Assembly (NCBI GenBank): GCA_021732005.1
Contig: JAKFVT010000043.1
Span: 606 to 64,605, forward strand
Direction of reading: 5' to 3'
DNA: 64,000 nt
DNA from: Mycobacterium sp.
GTDB lineage: Bacteria > Actinomycetota > Actinomycetes > Mycobacteriales > Mycobacteriaceae
Shown: positions 50,350 to 60,400 of the stretch, one piece after another
How the letters are laid out: each line of letters starts with the position of its first letter
Numbering within the stretch: the stretch's first letter is position 1
Translations under genes and position numbers: made by a program
Notes under the pieces: model-generated
What the model saw: only the letters and a program-made list of their open reading frames with translations
The model's database searches: none
What the model was told of the DNA's origin: nothing

Positions 50350-51765
50350 GTGACGACGCGGATCGTGATCATCGGTGGGGGGCCGGCCGGCTACGAGGCG
50401 GCACTGGTCGCCGCGGGTCGCGGCCGGGACGTCGCCGAGGTCACCGTGGTCGACTCCGACGGCATCGGTGGTGCCTGCGTGCTCTTCGACTGCGTGCCGT
50501 CCAAGACGTTCATCGCCTCGACCGGGGTTCGCACCGAACTGCGCCGCGCCTCGGGCCTGGGATTCGAGATCGGCATCGACGACGCCAAGATCTCGCTGCC
50601 CGACATCAACAACCGCGTCAAGACCCTGGCCCGCTCGCAGTCCGCCGACATCGGTACCCAGCTGCTGCGCGAGAAGGTCAACGTCGTGCAGGGCCACGGC
50701 GAACTGATCGACGCGGTCCCCGGCATGGCGCGCCACCGGGTGAAGGTCACCACCACCTCCGGCCAGGTCGGCGTGCTCAAGGCCGACGTCGTGCTGATCG
50801 CCACCGGCGCCAGCCCCCGCGTCTTGCCCAATGCGGTGCCCGACGGCGAGCGGATTCTGACCTGGCGCCAGCTCTACGACCTGCCCGAGCTGCCCAAGCA
50901 TCTGGTGATCGTCGGCTCCGGCGTCACCGGAGCCGAGTTCTGCAACGCCTACACCGAACTGGGCGTCGACGTCACCGTCGTCGCCAGCCGCGACCAGATC
51001 CTGCCGCACGAGGACAGCGACGCCGCGGCGGTGCTGGAGGACACCTTCGCCGAGCGCGGCGTGACGCTGGTCAAGAACGCCAGGGCCGACTCGGTGGTCA
51101 GCACCGGTACCGGTGTCACCGTCACGATGGCCGACGGCCGTGTCGTCGAGGGCAGCCACGCCCTGATGACGGTCGGATCGGTGCCGAACACGTCGGGCCT
51201 GGGCCTGGATCGCGTCGGCATCGAGCTCGGTCCCGGCAACTATCTGCCGGTGGACCGGGTGTCGCGGACCTCGGCGGCCGGGATCTACGCCGCCGGCGAC
51301 TGCACGGGGCTGCTGCCGCTGGCCTCGGTCGCGGCCATGCAGGGCCGCATTGCCATGTATCACGCACTGGGTGAAGGGGTGGCCCCGATCCGGCTGCGCA
51401 CGGTCGCCTCGGCCACGTTCACCCGACCCGAGATCGCCGCCGTCGGCGTGCCGCAAACCGCGATCGACAGCGGGTCGGTCCCGGCCAGGACCCTGATGTT
51501 GCCGCTGACGACCAACGCCCGCGCCAAGATGTCGCTGCTCAAGCGCGGCTTCGTCAAGATCTTCTGCCGTCCCGCCACCGGGGTCGTCATCGGCGGTGTT
51601 GTGGTCGCGCCGATCGCCTCCGAATTGATCCTGCCGATCGCCCTGGCGGTGCAAAACCGCATCTCGGTGACCGATCTGGCGCAGACGTTGTCGGTGTACC
51701 CGTCGCTGTCCGGGTCGATCGTCGAGGCTGCGCGCCGCCTGATGGCCCACGACGATCTCGACTAG
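50350..51765 (+). CDS. lpdA: NAD(P)H-quinone dehydrogenase, LpdA flavoprotein disulfide reductase family
   Basis: GGGPAG, GGACVLFDCVPSK, GSGVTGAE, YAAGD, YPSLSGS. Start GTG 50350 (TAGCCT -10) or ATG 50344. Confidence 0.9.
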   Translation: MTTRIVIIGGGPAGYEAALVAAGRGRDVAEVTVVDSDGIGGACVLFDCVPSKTFIASTGVRTELRRASGLGFEIGIDDAKISLPDINNRVKTLARSQSADIGTQLLREKVNVVQGHGELIDAVPGMARHRVKVTTTSGQVGVLKADVVLIATGASPRVLPNAVPDGERILTWRQLYDLPELPKHLVIVGSGVTGAEFCNAYTELGVDVTVVASRDQILPHEDSDAAAVLEDTFAERGVTLVKNARADSVVSTGTGVTVTMADGRVVEGSHALMTVGSVPNTSGLGLDRVGIELGPGNYLPVDRVSRTSAAGIYAAGDCTGLLPLASVAAMQGRIAMYHALGEGVAPIRLRTVASATFTRPEIAAVGVPQTAIDSGSVPARTLMLPLTTNARAKMSLLKRGFVKIFCRPATGVVIGGVVVAPIASELILPIALAVQNRISVTDLAQTLSVYPSLSGSIVEAARRLMAHDDLD

Positions 51766-51774
51766 CCTGAGGTC

Positions 51775-53520
51775 ATGAGCGACCCGATCCTTCGACCGGG
51801 CACCGGTCAGACCTATCTCGGACCAACCGAGCGTGCGCACGCCTGGCAGCGGCTGGGCAGCGAACAGTTCGACGTCGTCGTCATCGGCGGCGGTGTGGTC
51901 GGTGCGGGCTGCGCACTGGATGCCGCGACCCGCGGGCTCAAAGTGGCCCTCGTCGAGGCGCGCGACTTCGCCTCGGGCACATCGAGCCGCAGTTCGAAGA
52001 TGTTCCACGGCGGTCTGCGCTACCTCGAGCAGTTGGAGTTCGGCCTCGTCCGTGAGGCACTGCACGAGCGTGAACTGTCCCTGACAACGCTGGCGCCACA
52101 TCTGGTCAAGCCGCTGCCGTTCCTGTTCCCGCTGACCAAGAGGGTCTGGGAGCGGCCGTACATCGCGGCGGGCATTTTCCTCTACGACCAGCTCGGCGGG
52201 TCGAAATCCGTTCCGGCGCAAAAACATTTGACGAAGTCCGGTGCGCTGCGACTGGCGCCGGGCCTCAAGCGCAGCTCGCTGATCGGCGGGATCCGCTACT
52301 ACGACACCGTCGTCGACGACGCCCGGCACACCATGACGGTCGCCCGCACCGCTGCGCACTACGGCGCCGTGGTGCGCACCTCGACCCAGGTGGTCTCGCT
52401 GCTGCGGGAGGGCGACCGGGTGATCGGGGTGAAGATCCGGGACTCCGAGGACGGCGAGGTGGAGGACGTCCGCGGTCACGTCGTGATCAACGCGACCGGG
52501 GTGTGGACCGACGAGATCCAGGCACTGTCAAAGGAACGTGGCCGCTTTCGGGTGCGGGCGTCCAAAGGCGTGCACGTCGTGGTGCCCCGGGATCGGATCG
52601 TGTCCGAGGTGGCGATCATCCTTCGCACCGAGAAGTCGGTGCTGTTCGTGATCCCGTGGGGCACGCACTGGATCATCGGCACCACCGACACCGACTGGAA
52701 CCTCGACCTCGCGCACCCGGCCGCGACGAAGGCCGACATCGACTACATCCTCGGCCACGTCAACACGGTGCTGGCCACGCCGCTCACGCACGACGACATC
52801 GACGGGGTGTACGCCGGCCTGCGGCCGCTGCTGGCCGGGGAGAGCGAAGAAACGTCCAAGCTGTCCCGTGAGCACGCCGTCGCGGTGCCGTCACCGGGCC
52901 TGGTCGCCATCGCCGGCGGCAAATACACCACGTATCGGGTGATGGCCGAGGACGCGGTCGACGCCGCCGCCGAGTACATCCCGGCGCGGGTGGCGCCGTC
53001 GATCACCGAGAAGGTGCCGTTGATGGGCGCCGACGGATACTTCGCGCTGGTCAATCAGACTCAGAGTGTGGGCGCTGGGTACGGGCTGCATCCGTACCGG
53101 GTGCGGCACCTGCTGGATCGGTACGGCTCGCTGATCGGCGACGTGCTGGCGCTGGCCGCCGACAAGCCGGAACTGCTCGATCCGATCACCGACGCGCCGG
53201 TCTACCTGAAGGTGGAGGCCGCCTACGCCGCGTCCGCCGAAGGGGCATTGCACCTGGAGGACATCCTGGCCCGGCGGATGCGGATCTCGATCGAGTACCC
53301 GCACCGCGGCGTGGACTGCGCCCGCGAGGTCGCGGAGGTTGTCGCCCCGATCCTCGGATGGAGTCAGGACGACATCGACCGCGAGGTGGACACCTATCTG
53401 GCGCGGGTGGAGGCGGAGATCCTTTCGCAGGCTCAGCCCGACGACGAGTCCGCCGATGCCCTGCGGGCGTCGGCACCCGAGGCCCGGGCCGAGATCCTCG
53501 AACCGGTGCCGTTGAACTGA
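51775..53520 (+). CDS. glpD: FAD-dependent glycerol-3-phosphate dehydrogenase (GlpD2-like)
   Basis: IGGGVVG, GTSSRSSKMFHGGLRYL, AGLRPL, GGKYTTYR. Confidence 0.95.
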   Translation: MSDPILRPGTGQTYLGPTERAHAWQRLGSEQFDVVVIGGGVVGAGCALDAATRGLKVALVEARDFASGTSSRSSKMFHGGLRYLEQLEFGLVREALHERELSLTTLAPHLVKPLPFLFPLTKRVWERPYIAAGIFLYDQLGGSKSVPAQKHLTKSGALRLAPGLKRSSLIGGIRYYDTVVDDARHTMTVARTAAHYGAVVRTSTQVVSLLREGDRVIGVKIRDSEDGEVEDVRGHVVINATGVWTDEIQALSKERGRFRVRASKGVHVVVPRDRIVSEVAIILRTEKSVLFVIPWGTHWIIGTTDTDWNLDLAHPAATKADIDYILGHVNTVLATPLTHDDIDGVYAGLRPLLAGESEETSKLSREHAVAVPSPGLVAIAGGKYTTYRVMAEDAVDAAAEYIPARVAPSITEKVPLMGADGYFALVNQTQSVGAGYGLHPYRVRHLLDRYGSLIGDVLALAADKPELLDPITDAPVYLKVEAAYAASAEGALHLEDILARRMRISIEYPHRGVDCAREVAEVVAPILGWSQDDIDREVDTYLARVEAEILSQAQPDDESADALRASAPEARAEILEPVPLN

Positions 53521-53527
53521 GCGAGCA

Positions 53528-54391
53528 TTGAGGCGCCGTCGCCCGGCTCCGCTCCCAGATCGCGACGGGATTGGTCCGGCGCGGGTGCGGTTGCGCGGCG
53601 GTGCGGTACTGGTGGAATTGGCGGACCGATTCGGTGAAGCTGCCGCGCAGAAGGTATTCGACGGGGAAGTGGTCGACGCCTCCGGCGACGTCATCACCCC
53701 GGCCACGGTGTTACCGCCCGGCGCGCACGTGTACCTGTATCGGGAGCTGCCCGACGAGGTGGTGGTGCCGTTCGACATCCCGGTGCTCTACCGCGACGAC
53801 GACATCGTGGTGGTCGACAAGCCGCATTTCCTGGCCACCATGCCGCGCGGCGGGCATGTCGCGCAAACGGCGTTGGTGCGGCTGCGTCGTTCGCTCGATC
53901 TGCCGGAATTGAGCCCGGCGCATCGGCTGGACCGGCTGACCGCAGGAGTGCTGCTGTTCACCGTCCGGCGTGAGGTCCGCGGCGCTTATCAGACGTTGTT
54001 CGCGCGTGGCGAGGTGTCGAAGACTTATCTGGCGCGCTCCTCGGCGCCACCGCGCGTTGAGCTCCCCGTGGTGTTGCGTAGTCGAATAATCAAGCAGCGC
54101 AGTCATTTACAGGCCGTCGAGGAACCGGGCGAGCCGAACGCCGAGACTCTGGTCGAGGCGTTGGGGGACGGCCGATATCAGCTGACTCCGCGCACTGGGC
54201 GCACCCATCAGTTGCGGGTGCACATGGCCTCGCTGGGTCTGCCGATCGACAACGATCCGCTCTATCCGCGGATCGTCGAGGTGGCGGCCGACGATTTCTC
54301 CGCCCCGCTGCAGCTGGTGGCGCAGCGGCTGGAGTTCGACGATCCGCTGTCGAGAGAGCCGCGGTCGTTCGTCAGCTCAGCGCAGCTGTAG
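53528..54391 (+). CDS. RluA-family pseudouridine synthase (Rv3300c-like)
   Basis: VVDKPHFL, HRLDRLTAG (catalytic Asp), TGRTHQLRVH. Confidence 0.9.
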   Translation: MRRRRPAPLPDRDGIGPARVRLRGGAVLVELADRFGEAAAQKVFDGEVVDASGDVITPATVLPPGAHVYLYRELPDEVVVPFDIPVLYRDDDIVVVDKPHFLATMPRGGHVAQTALVRLRRSLDLPELSPAHRLDRLTAGVLLFTVRREVRGAYQTLFARGEVSKTYLARSSAPPRVELPVVLRSRIIKQRSHLQAVEEPGEPNAETLVEALGDGRYQLTPRTGRTHQLRVHMASLGLPIDNDPLYPRIVEVAADDFSAPLQLVAQRLEFDDPLSREPRSFVSSAQL

Positions 54392-54637
54392 CTGGTTGCG
54401 GTAGGCGGCAGGCACCGGGTGAGCACACTCCGCTACGCGGGAACGGGCCCGGTGAACGTGATCGGCGACGGGCAACACCCGTGGTGGCGTTCGTCGACAT
54501 GGTCACCGGGCGGGCGCGCTCGTGCAAGGCGATCTGGTGGTCACCTCCCAATGGGTGGTCGGCTGAGTGCCCAATGCCGCCGCGATGGTGACCTTCGGTC
54601 CCTAGCGGTCGGCAGTGACGCAGGCCACTGTTGAGAC

Positions 54638-55195
54638 ATGGATGACGATCATGAGTTGGTGCTGGTAGCCGCATACCCCGACGTCGAGCGGGCCGCCACC
54701 GACTTCCATGAGTTGGAGAAGCGGATCAAGCACGGCTTGGAATTGCGGGCTGCGGCCTTGGTGACGAAGGACGCCGACGGACACCCGCACGTCTTGGAGG
54801 CGCACAATCGGCACGGTCGGGTGGCCCTCGGTATGGGCGCCGGGTTGGGGATCCTGTTCGGACTGTTCCTGCCACCCGTGGGCCTCGCCGTCGTGGTTGG
54901 GGGAGCGGCAGGCGCTCTAGTGGGGGCGTTCGCCGAGCATGAGCTGCGCATCGGTTTGCAACGTGAAGTGGGTGGCGCGCTCGATGCCGGTACCGGGGTG
55001 GTGGTTGCGCTGGTCTATCCCAATGGCCGCGGTCCGGTTGAGTCGACCCTGTATCGCGCCGCCGAGATAAGGTCGGTCCGGATGGACCGCGCCACGGTCA
55101 ACAGCCTCGACAAACTGGTCGCCGACGAGATCGCGAAGATCACCCACCCGCCGGCCGACCCGGTCACCGCTGACACGACGGGCACCAGTACGTGA
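54638..55195 (+). CDS. DUF1269-like membrane protein
   Basis: LVLVAAY..., [10 protein letters not shown], glycine-zipper GAGLGILFG...GAAGALVG. Confidence 0.75.
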   Translation: MDDDHELVLVAAYPDVERAATDFHELEKRIKHGLELRAAALVTKDADGHPHVLEAHNRHGRVALGMGAGLGILFGLFLPPVGLAVVVGGAAGALVGAFAEHELRIGLQREVGGALDAGTGVVVALVYPNGRGPVESTLYRAAEIRSVRMDRATVNSLDKLVADEIAKITHPPADPVTADTTGTST

Positions 55196-55931
55196 CGCGG
55201 TCCTCGTCCGAGGACTCGGCGCGGCGAATCGGGGAGCCGCAGCGGCGGCACGGTTCACCGGCCCGGCCGTAGACCCAGAGATCCTGGCCGCCTCTGCTGT
55301 TGCCGGTGGTGGTGCGATTCACCCGTGTTCGGTTCGCCCACAACATGTCTCGCGCTCGGGTGACCACCCGCAGCGGATCGGGGAGGCTGCTGACGGGACT
55401 GGTGGGGAGTCGGCCGAACACGAAGCAGAGTTCGTTGGCGTACACGTTGCCGACGCCGGCGAGGTTGCGCTGATCCAACAGAGCCGTTGCGATCGGACGG
55501 TCCGGGTCTTTGGCCAGGTTCGCCGCAGCCACCTTGGCATCCCAGTCGTCACCGAGGAGGTCGGGCCCCAGGTGGTCGACGGCCTCCTCGTCGTGCTCGC
55601 GGTCGAGGATTTCCAGGATGCCCAAGTCGATGCCGAGCGCTTGAATGTCCTCGGCTTCCAGGGCGATTCGGATCTTGTACGCGTTGCGTATGGGTTTGCC
55701 TTTCGGGCCGACCCGCCATGCCCCGTCCATCTTCAGGTGCGAATGGATGCTGGCCGGGCCCACCCGGATGAACAGGTGCTTGCCGCGACTGATCACCTCG
55801 TCGACGGTGTGGCCGGCGAGGTCGACGGTGGCGTAGCGCGGCACGCGGATATCGCACCGCGTCAGCGTCTTACCGACCAGCGCCTCGCGCAGGTTGGCCG
55901 CGGTGCGGAAGACGGTATCGCCTTCGGGCAT
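55164..55931 (-). CDS. nei: Endonuclease VIII-like DNA glycosylase/AP lyase (Nei2/Rv3297-like)
   Basis: MPEG N-terminus, [24 protein letters not shown] (H2TH), C-terminal zinc finger. Confidence 0.93.
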   Translation of the reverse strand: MPEGDTVFRTAANLREALVGKTLTRCDIRVPRYATVDLAGHTVDEVISRGKHLFIRVGPASIHSHLKMDGAWRVGPKGKPIRNAYKIRIALEAEDIQALGIDLGILEILDREHDEEAVDHLGPDLLGDDWDAKVAAANLAKDPDRPIATALLDQRNLAGVGNVYANELCFVFGRLPTSPVSSLPDPLRVVTRARDMLWANRTRVNRTTTGNSRGGQDLWVYGRAGEPCRRCGSPIRRAESSDEDRVTYWCPSCQR

Positions 55932-55940
55932 GGTTCCAGC

Positions 55941-57344
55941 CTAGAAGGGCGGCGGATGGGCGGCGGCTCTCGCCTTGTTGAGTCCGCGTTCCCAGCGGAT
56001 CCGATCGGCCCGGTCTTGCGCGCGAGTCCGGCGGCGAGCCGGCATCATCAGACCGCGTCCGGGCTGATTCTTCGCCGGGGCCTGGGCTAGGTTGAGCTCC
56101 GCGGTCGGAGTGAAGAGCTGCGGAAAGAACAGCGCGCCGCCAGGTTTCGTGATGTAGGTGCGACCCGACGGCGACGTCCAGATCACCTTGCCGTCGGGTA
56201 ACTGACGGTCCGCCCAGCCGCCTGGTCCGGCATAGAAGGTCTTCAACAGGTGATGCAGCCGGCACAGTAGTTTCAGGTTCGACGGATGCGTGGGCCCGAG
56301 CGGGTACGGCACGGTGTGATCGATGTCGGTCATCGAGGCCGGACGGTCGCACCCGGGGAATCGGCAGGTCAGATCCCGGCAGCGGATGAACTCCGCCAGG
56401 GCGGCCGAAGGTCGATACCGTGGTTCGGCGCTCAACTCCTTGCCTCCGACCACCGGGCGGAGCTTCGCGCGCTTCGCCAGAGTCCTTACCGTCTCGGCCG
56501 GAATGCCGCCGTAGCCTGGCAATAGCGCCGGGGCGTCCCCGTTGCCGGTGACCGTCTTGGCCTCGGCCAGTAGATGGATGACGATCTGCGTCGGCTCGCT
56601 GGTGCTGTCGGTACTTGCGGGGCATTCGCCGCACTCGCACTCGCACTGCATCGTCGGGTCCCCGGCTGACCACGCCCCGAGAGCGTCGGCTCGACGCTGC
56701 CGAGCGGTTCGCGGGTCGTCCCGACACACGGTCGCCCCGAGTTGGTTCAGCCGCTGGTCAAAGGCTGCTGCGTCGGCGGCGCGGACGCGCCCCCAGATTT
56801 CCGCCAATCCGTCTGTGCCAGGGGTGATCTCGATATGGCGGTCGTTGTCGGCTGTGCGCTCGACGCGGACGGCGTCGGGATCCAGCTCGCGGACGGACCA
56901 GTCGATGACCTGATTGGTCTTCTCCCGCGAGAAGGTGTTCCACCCGGGCGCCTGTTCCGCGAGCTGGGCGTCGACGGCGGCGAGTGCCTCAGGGTCGGTG
57001 ATCAACCCGGTGCGGAATACCGCGGCGATGATGATGCGGTATTCGATTGCCCCGGAAGCGAAGGCGGCGCCGAGCTTCGGTAGCCGCTCGATCAGCTGCA
57101 GGCCGTAGTCCATTTGCGACGACGCTCGGCCTTGGCTGATTCCCAGTTCGGCACCAACCTCGGCGGCTACTGCGTCCCAATTGTCGACGCACCACTGGGC
57201 TCGGTCGGCTGCCTCGACCGATCGCATCCGACGCTGACAGAGCCGACCGGCTGCCAGGAGTCGCTCGGCGATCGCGACCCTTTCATTGCGCTGCCCACGG
57301 CGCATTGTCTCGAGGAGATCGGCGTCAGTTCGTGATTCGAACAT
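55941..57344 (-). CDS. DUF222 + HNH endonuclease protein (REP13E12-like family)
   Basis: MFE start, RTARQRRADAL, RDLTCRFPGCD...DIDHTVPY...NLKLLCRLHHLLKT. Confidence 0.9.
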   Translation of the reverse strand: MFESRTDADLLETMRRGQRNERVAIAERLLAAGRLCQRRMRSVEAADRAQWCVDNWDAVAAEVGAELGISQGRASSQMDYGLQLIERLPKLGAAFASGAIEYRIIIAAVFRTGLITDPEALAAVDAQLAEQAPGWNTFSREKTNQVIDWSVRELDPDAVRVERTADNDRHIEITPGTDGLAEIWGRVRAADAAAFDQRLNQLGATVCRDDPRTARQRRADALGAWSAGDPTMQCECECGECPASTDSTSEPTQIVIHLLAEAKTVTGNGDAPALLPGYGGIPAETVRTLAKRAKLRPVVGGKELSAEPRYRPSAALAEFIRCRDLTCRFPGCDRPASMTDIDHTVPYPLGPTHPSNLKLLCRLHHLLKTFYAGPGGWADRQLPDGKVIWTSPSGRTYITKPGGALFFPQLFTPTAELNLAQAPAKNQPGRGLMMPARRRTRAQDRADRIRWERGLNKARAAAHPPPF

Positions 57345-57351
57345 GTGAGCG

Positions 57352-57373
57352 ATACTACTCCCGGACGCCGACA
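57352..57373 (-). promoter_or_regulatory. PafBC/RecA-NDp-type DNA-damage promoter of the DUF222-HNH gene
   Basis: TGTCGG-N10-TAGTAT, 7 nt before the ATG (leaderless). Confidence 0.8.
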
Positions 57374-57403
57374 AGTTTCGTCGTCGGACAGCACTAGAAC
57401 CCG

Positions 57404-60400
57404 TCAGCGCAAACGGAGCCCGCGGGGAGTGCGGGAGAAACCGGCGTCGACCAGCGCGTCGACTGTTGCCTTCCGGTCGGCATGCGCACCGGCCTCCAAA
57501 ACCGGTATACCGTCCAGCTTTTCGACCAGCACGCCGCCGATACGTCCACTCCTGACCAGTTCGGCCAGGGTTCCCGCCGCGGCGCGCTGCGCTTCGTCGT
57601 CGGTGCTGAAGTTCAGCAGCGATCGTCCACCGCGCTCTAGGAACCACACCAGCGCACCGTCAACCAGGATGACGAGCGCACCGGCCTTGCGTCCGGGCCG
57701 ATGGCTGGCGTCGGCGTCCGGGCGGGCGGGCCAGGGCAACGCCGCGCCGTACGGGTTGGCCGGATCGGCAGCCGCCAGCACGACCGCGCGATAGTCGGGC
57801 CGCTCAGGGTCCACTCCGTCGAGATAGGTCCGCAGCCGGTCGACCGTCGACGCGACGGCGAACTGCGCTCCGCCCAGCGACTCGACGAAGTAACCGCGCT
57901 GGCATCGCCCGGCCTCCTCGAAACCGGTCAGCACCTTGTACATCGTGGCGAACCCGCCTGGAACCCCCTCGGCAGCTGCCGCCCCCTTGGTCAGCACACC
58001 ATGGCGGTTCAGCAACAACTCTGCTGAGAAATGGGCCCGCACAGTCGAATCCGGCTCGCGAGCCGGCACCGCCGACCACCGCCCGGCGACCGTCGAATCC
58101 ACCGAGCGGGCTTGGGCGTGCGCCACCGAATAGCGGCTCAACCGCGGCGCGCGGCGCTGCCGGTGCGCCGGCGCGGCGGGACGACGGGTACCGGGCTTGC
58201 GTCCACCCGCCAGCATGGCGCGCACCGGCGCGAACGTGTCGCCGGTGACCCAGCCGGCCCAGATCAGGTCCCACAGCGCGGCTTTGGCGGTCTCCTCCGA
58301 ACCGCCGACCAGCTGCCGGAAGAAGAATGCGCCGCGTGCCTCACCGGGCTCGCCAAGGACCTCGAGGATCGCGCGGTGCGCATCGGTGAAGTCGATCTCG
58401 GCTGGAGTCGCGAGCGTCAGCGGTGCGGTGTCCGCGTGGTGGAACGTGATCCAGCCGTCGCTGCCCGAGATCGATCCCGCCCCTGACCAGGTGACCTCAC
58501 CGGAGGCCAGCAGCTCGTCGAGCATCGCCGGCTGGTAGTCACGCACCCGCGGGCCGAACACCAGCGGCTCGACCGCCGATGCGGGGATCGGCACCCCGGC
58601 CAGCTGGTCGATCACGCTTGCCAAACCGTCGACTCCAGACGTCGCAGAGCTGCCGACCTGCTGCCACGCGGGTAGAAAGCGGGCGTACGCCGCCGTGCTG
58701 ACCGGCTCGACCTGGGCGCGCAGCGCCGCCAGCGAGCGGCGACGCAGGATGCGCAGCACCTCGGCGTCACACCACTGGTCTGCGTCTGGGGCGGCGACGA
58801 ACTCGCCGCGAATCAGCTTGCCGTCCACCGACATCCGGCCCAGCACGTCAGCAGCGACCCGCAAGCCGAGGCCGAACCGGGTCGCGGCCTCGGCGGTGGT
58901 GAACGGGCCGCGGGTGCGGGCGAAGCGACCCATCAACTCACCGAGGGGGTCGGGCACCGCCTCGGTGAAACTCGTCGGCACTCCGACGGGCACGGCGACG
59001 CCGACCGCATCGCGCAGCCGTCCGATGTCCTCGATGCCCGCCCACCAGGACTGCCCGGCGTACGACAGCGGCAGCGCGCGTCTGGCGGCATGCAGTCCGT
59101 CCAGCCACGCACCGACGTCGGTGGCGGTGCAGCGCTCGGCGATCTCGGCCTCGGTCAGCGGGCCGAGCAGGCGCAGCAGGTCCGCCACGCCTTCGGCGTC
59201 GCGAGCCTTGCGGTCCTCGGAAAGATGTTGCAGCTGCCGCGATGTCGCGGCAATGACGTCAGGGTCGAGCAGCTCCCGGAGCTCGACACGGCCGAGCAGT
59301 TCCGCCAGCAGGGTGCTGTCCAGCGACAGTGCGGCCGCGCGGCGCTCGGCCAGCGGGCTGTCGCCCTCGTACATGAACGCGCCGACATAGCCGAACATCA
59401 GCGACGCCGCGAACGGTGACGGCATCGGTGTCTCGACCTCCACCAACCGCACCCGACGCTGGGCGATCCGGCTCATCAGGTCGGTCAGCGTCGGAACGTC
59501 GTAGACGTCCTGCAGGCATTCGCGCACCGCCTCCAGCACGATCGGGAAGTCGGGGTATTTGCGCGCCACATCCAGCAATTGGGCCGCCCGCTGCCGCTGG
59601 TGCCACAGCGGCGAACGCTTACCGGGATGGCGTCGGGGTAGCAACAGCGCCCGCGCCGCGCATTCCCGGAACCGCGACGCGAACAGCGCCGAACCGCCCA
59701 CCTCGGTGGTGACCAGCGGCTCGATCTCATCGGGGGCGAAGACGAACAGGTCGGCGCCGGGCGGGGCATCCTCGGTGTCGGGCAACCGCACCACGATGCC
59801 GTCGTCGGAGGCGGTGGGCTTCTCGTCGATGCCGTACCGCTCCAGCAGCCGGCGGCTGACCGCGAGAGCAAGCGGACCGTGCACCTTCAGTCCGTAGGGG
59901 GAGTGCAGCACCACCCGCCAGTCGCCGAGCTCATCGCGGAAACGCTCGACCAGCAGAGTGGTGTCGCTGGGTACCGTGGCGGTGGCGTTGCGCTGATCGT
60001 CGAGTAGCTGCCACAGGTTGTCGGTGGCATAGTCGGCAAAACCCAGTTCATTGCAGCGTGTTTCGAAATCGCCGCGGCCCATCGCGGCCAGCTCGCCGGT
60101 GAATTTGCCGATCGCCTGGCCGAGCTCGGCGGGCCGGCCCGCGTCGTCGCCGCGCCAGAACGGCAACCGCGCGGGTTGTCCCGGCGCGGGGATGACGAGC
60201 ACCCGGTCGTGGGTGATCTCGGTGATCCGCCAGCTGGTCGCTCCCAGTGAGATGACGTCGCCGGGCCGCGACTCGTATACCATCTCTTCATCGAGTTCGC
60301 CTACCCGCGAGGGCTTTTCGGAATCGGTGGCCAGGTAAACGGTGAACATGCCACGGTCGGGGATGGCGCCGCCGGAGGTGACCGCCAGCCGCTGGGCACC

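Larger units (their letters stand above)
55941..57399 (-). mobile_element. Putative inserted DUF222-HNH element with a CTAGAA direct repeat at both ends
   Basis: CTAGAA at 55941-55946 and 57394-57399; lies between the normally adjacent lhr and nei; no transposase. Confidence 0.45.

Noticed and set aside
54419-54634. 71-aa ORF in the rluA-DUF1269 spacer
   Set aside because: No recognisable motif, RBS or coding-like composition; cannot be supported.
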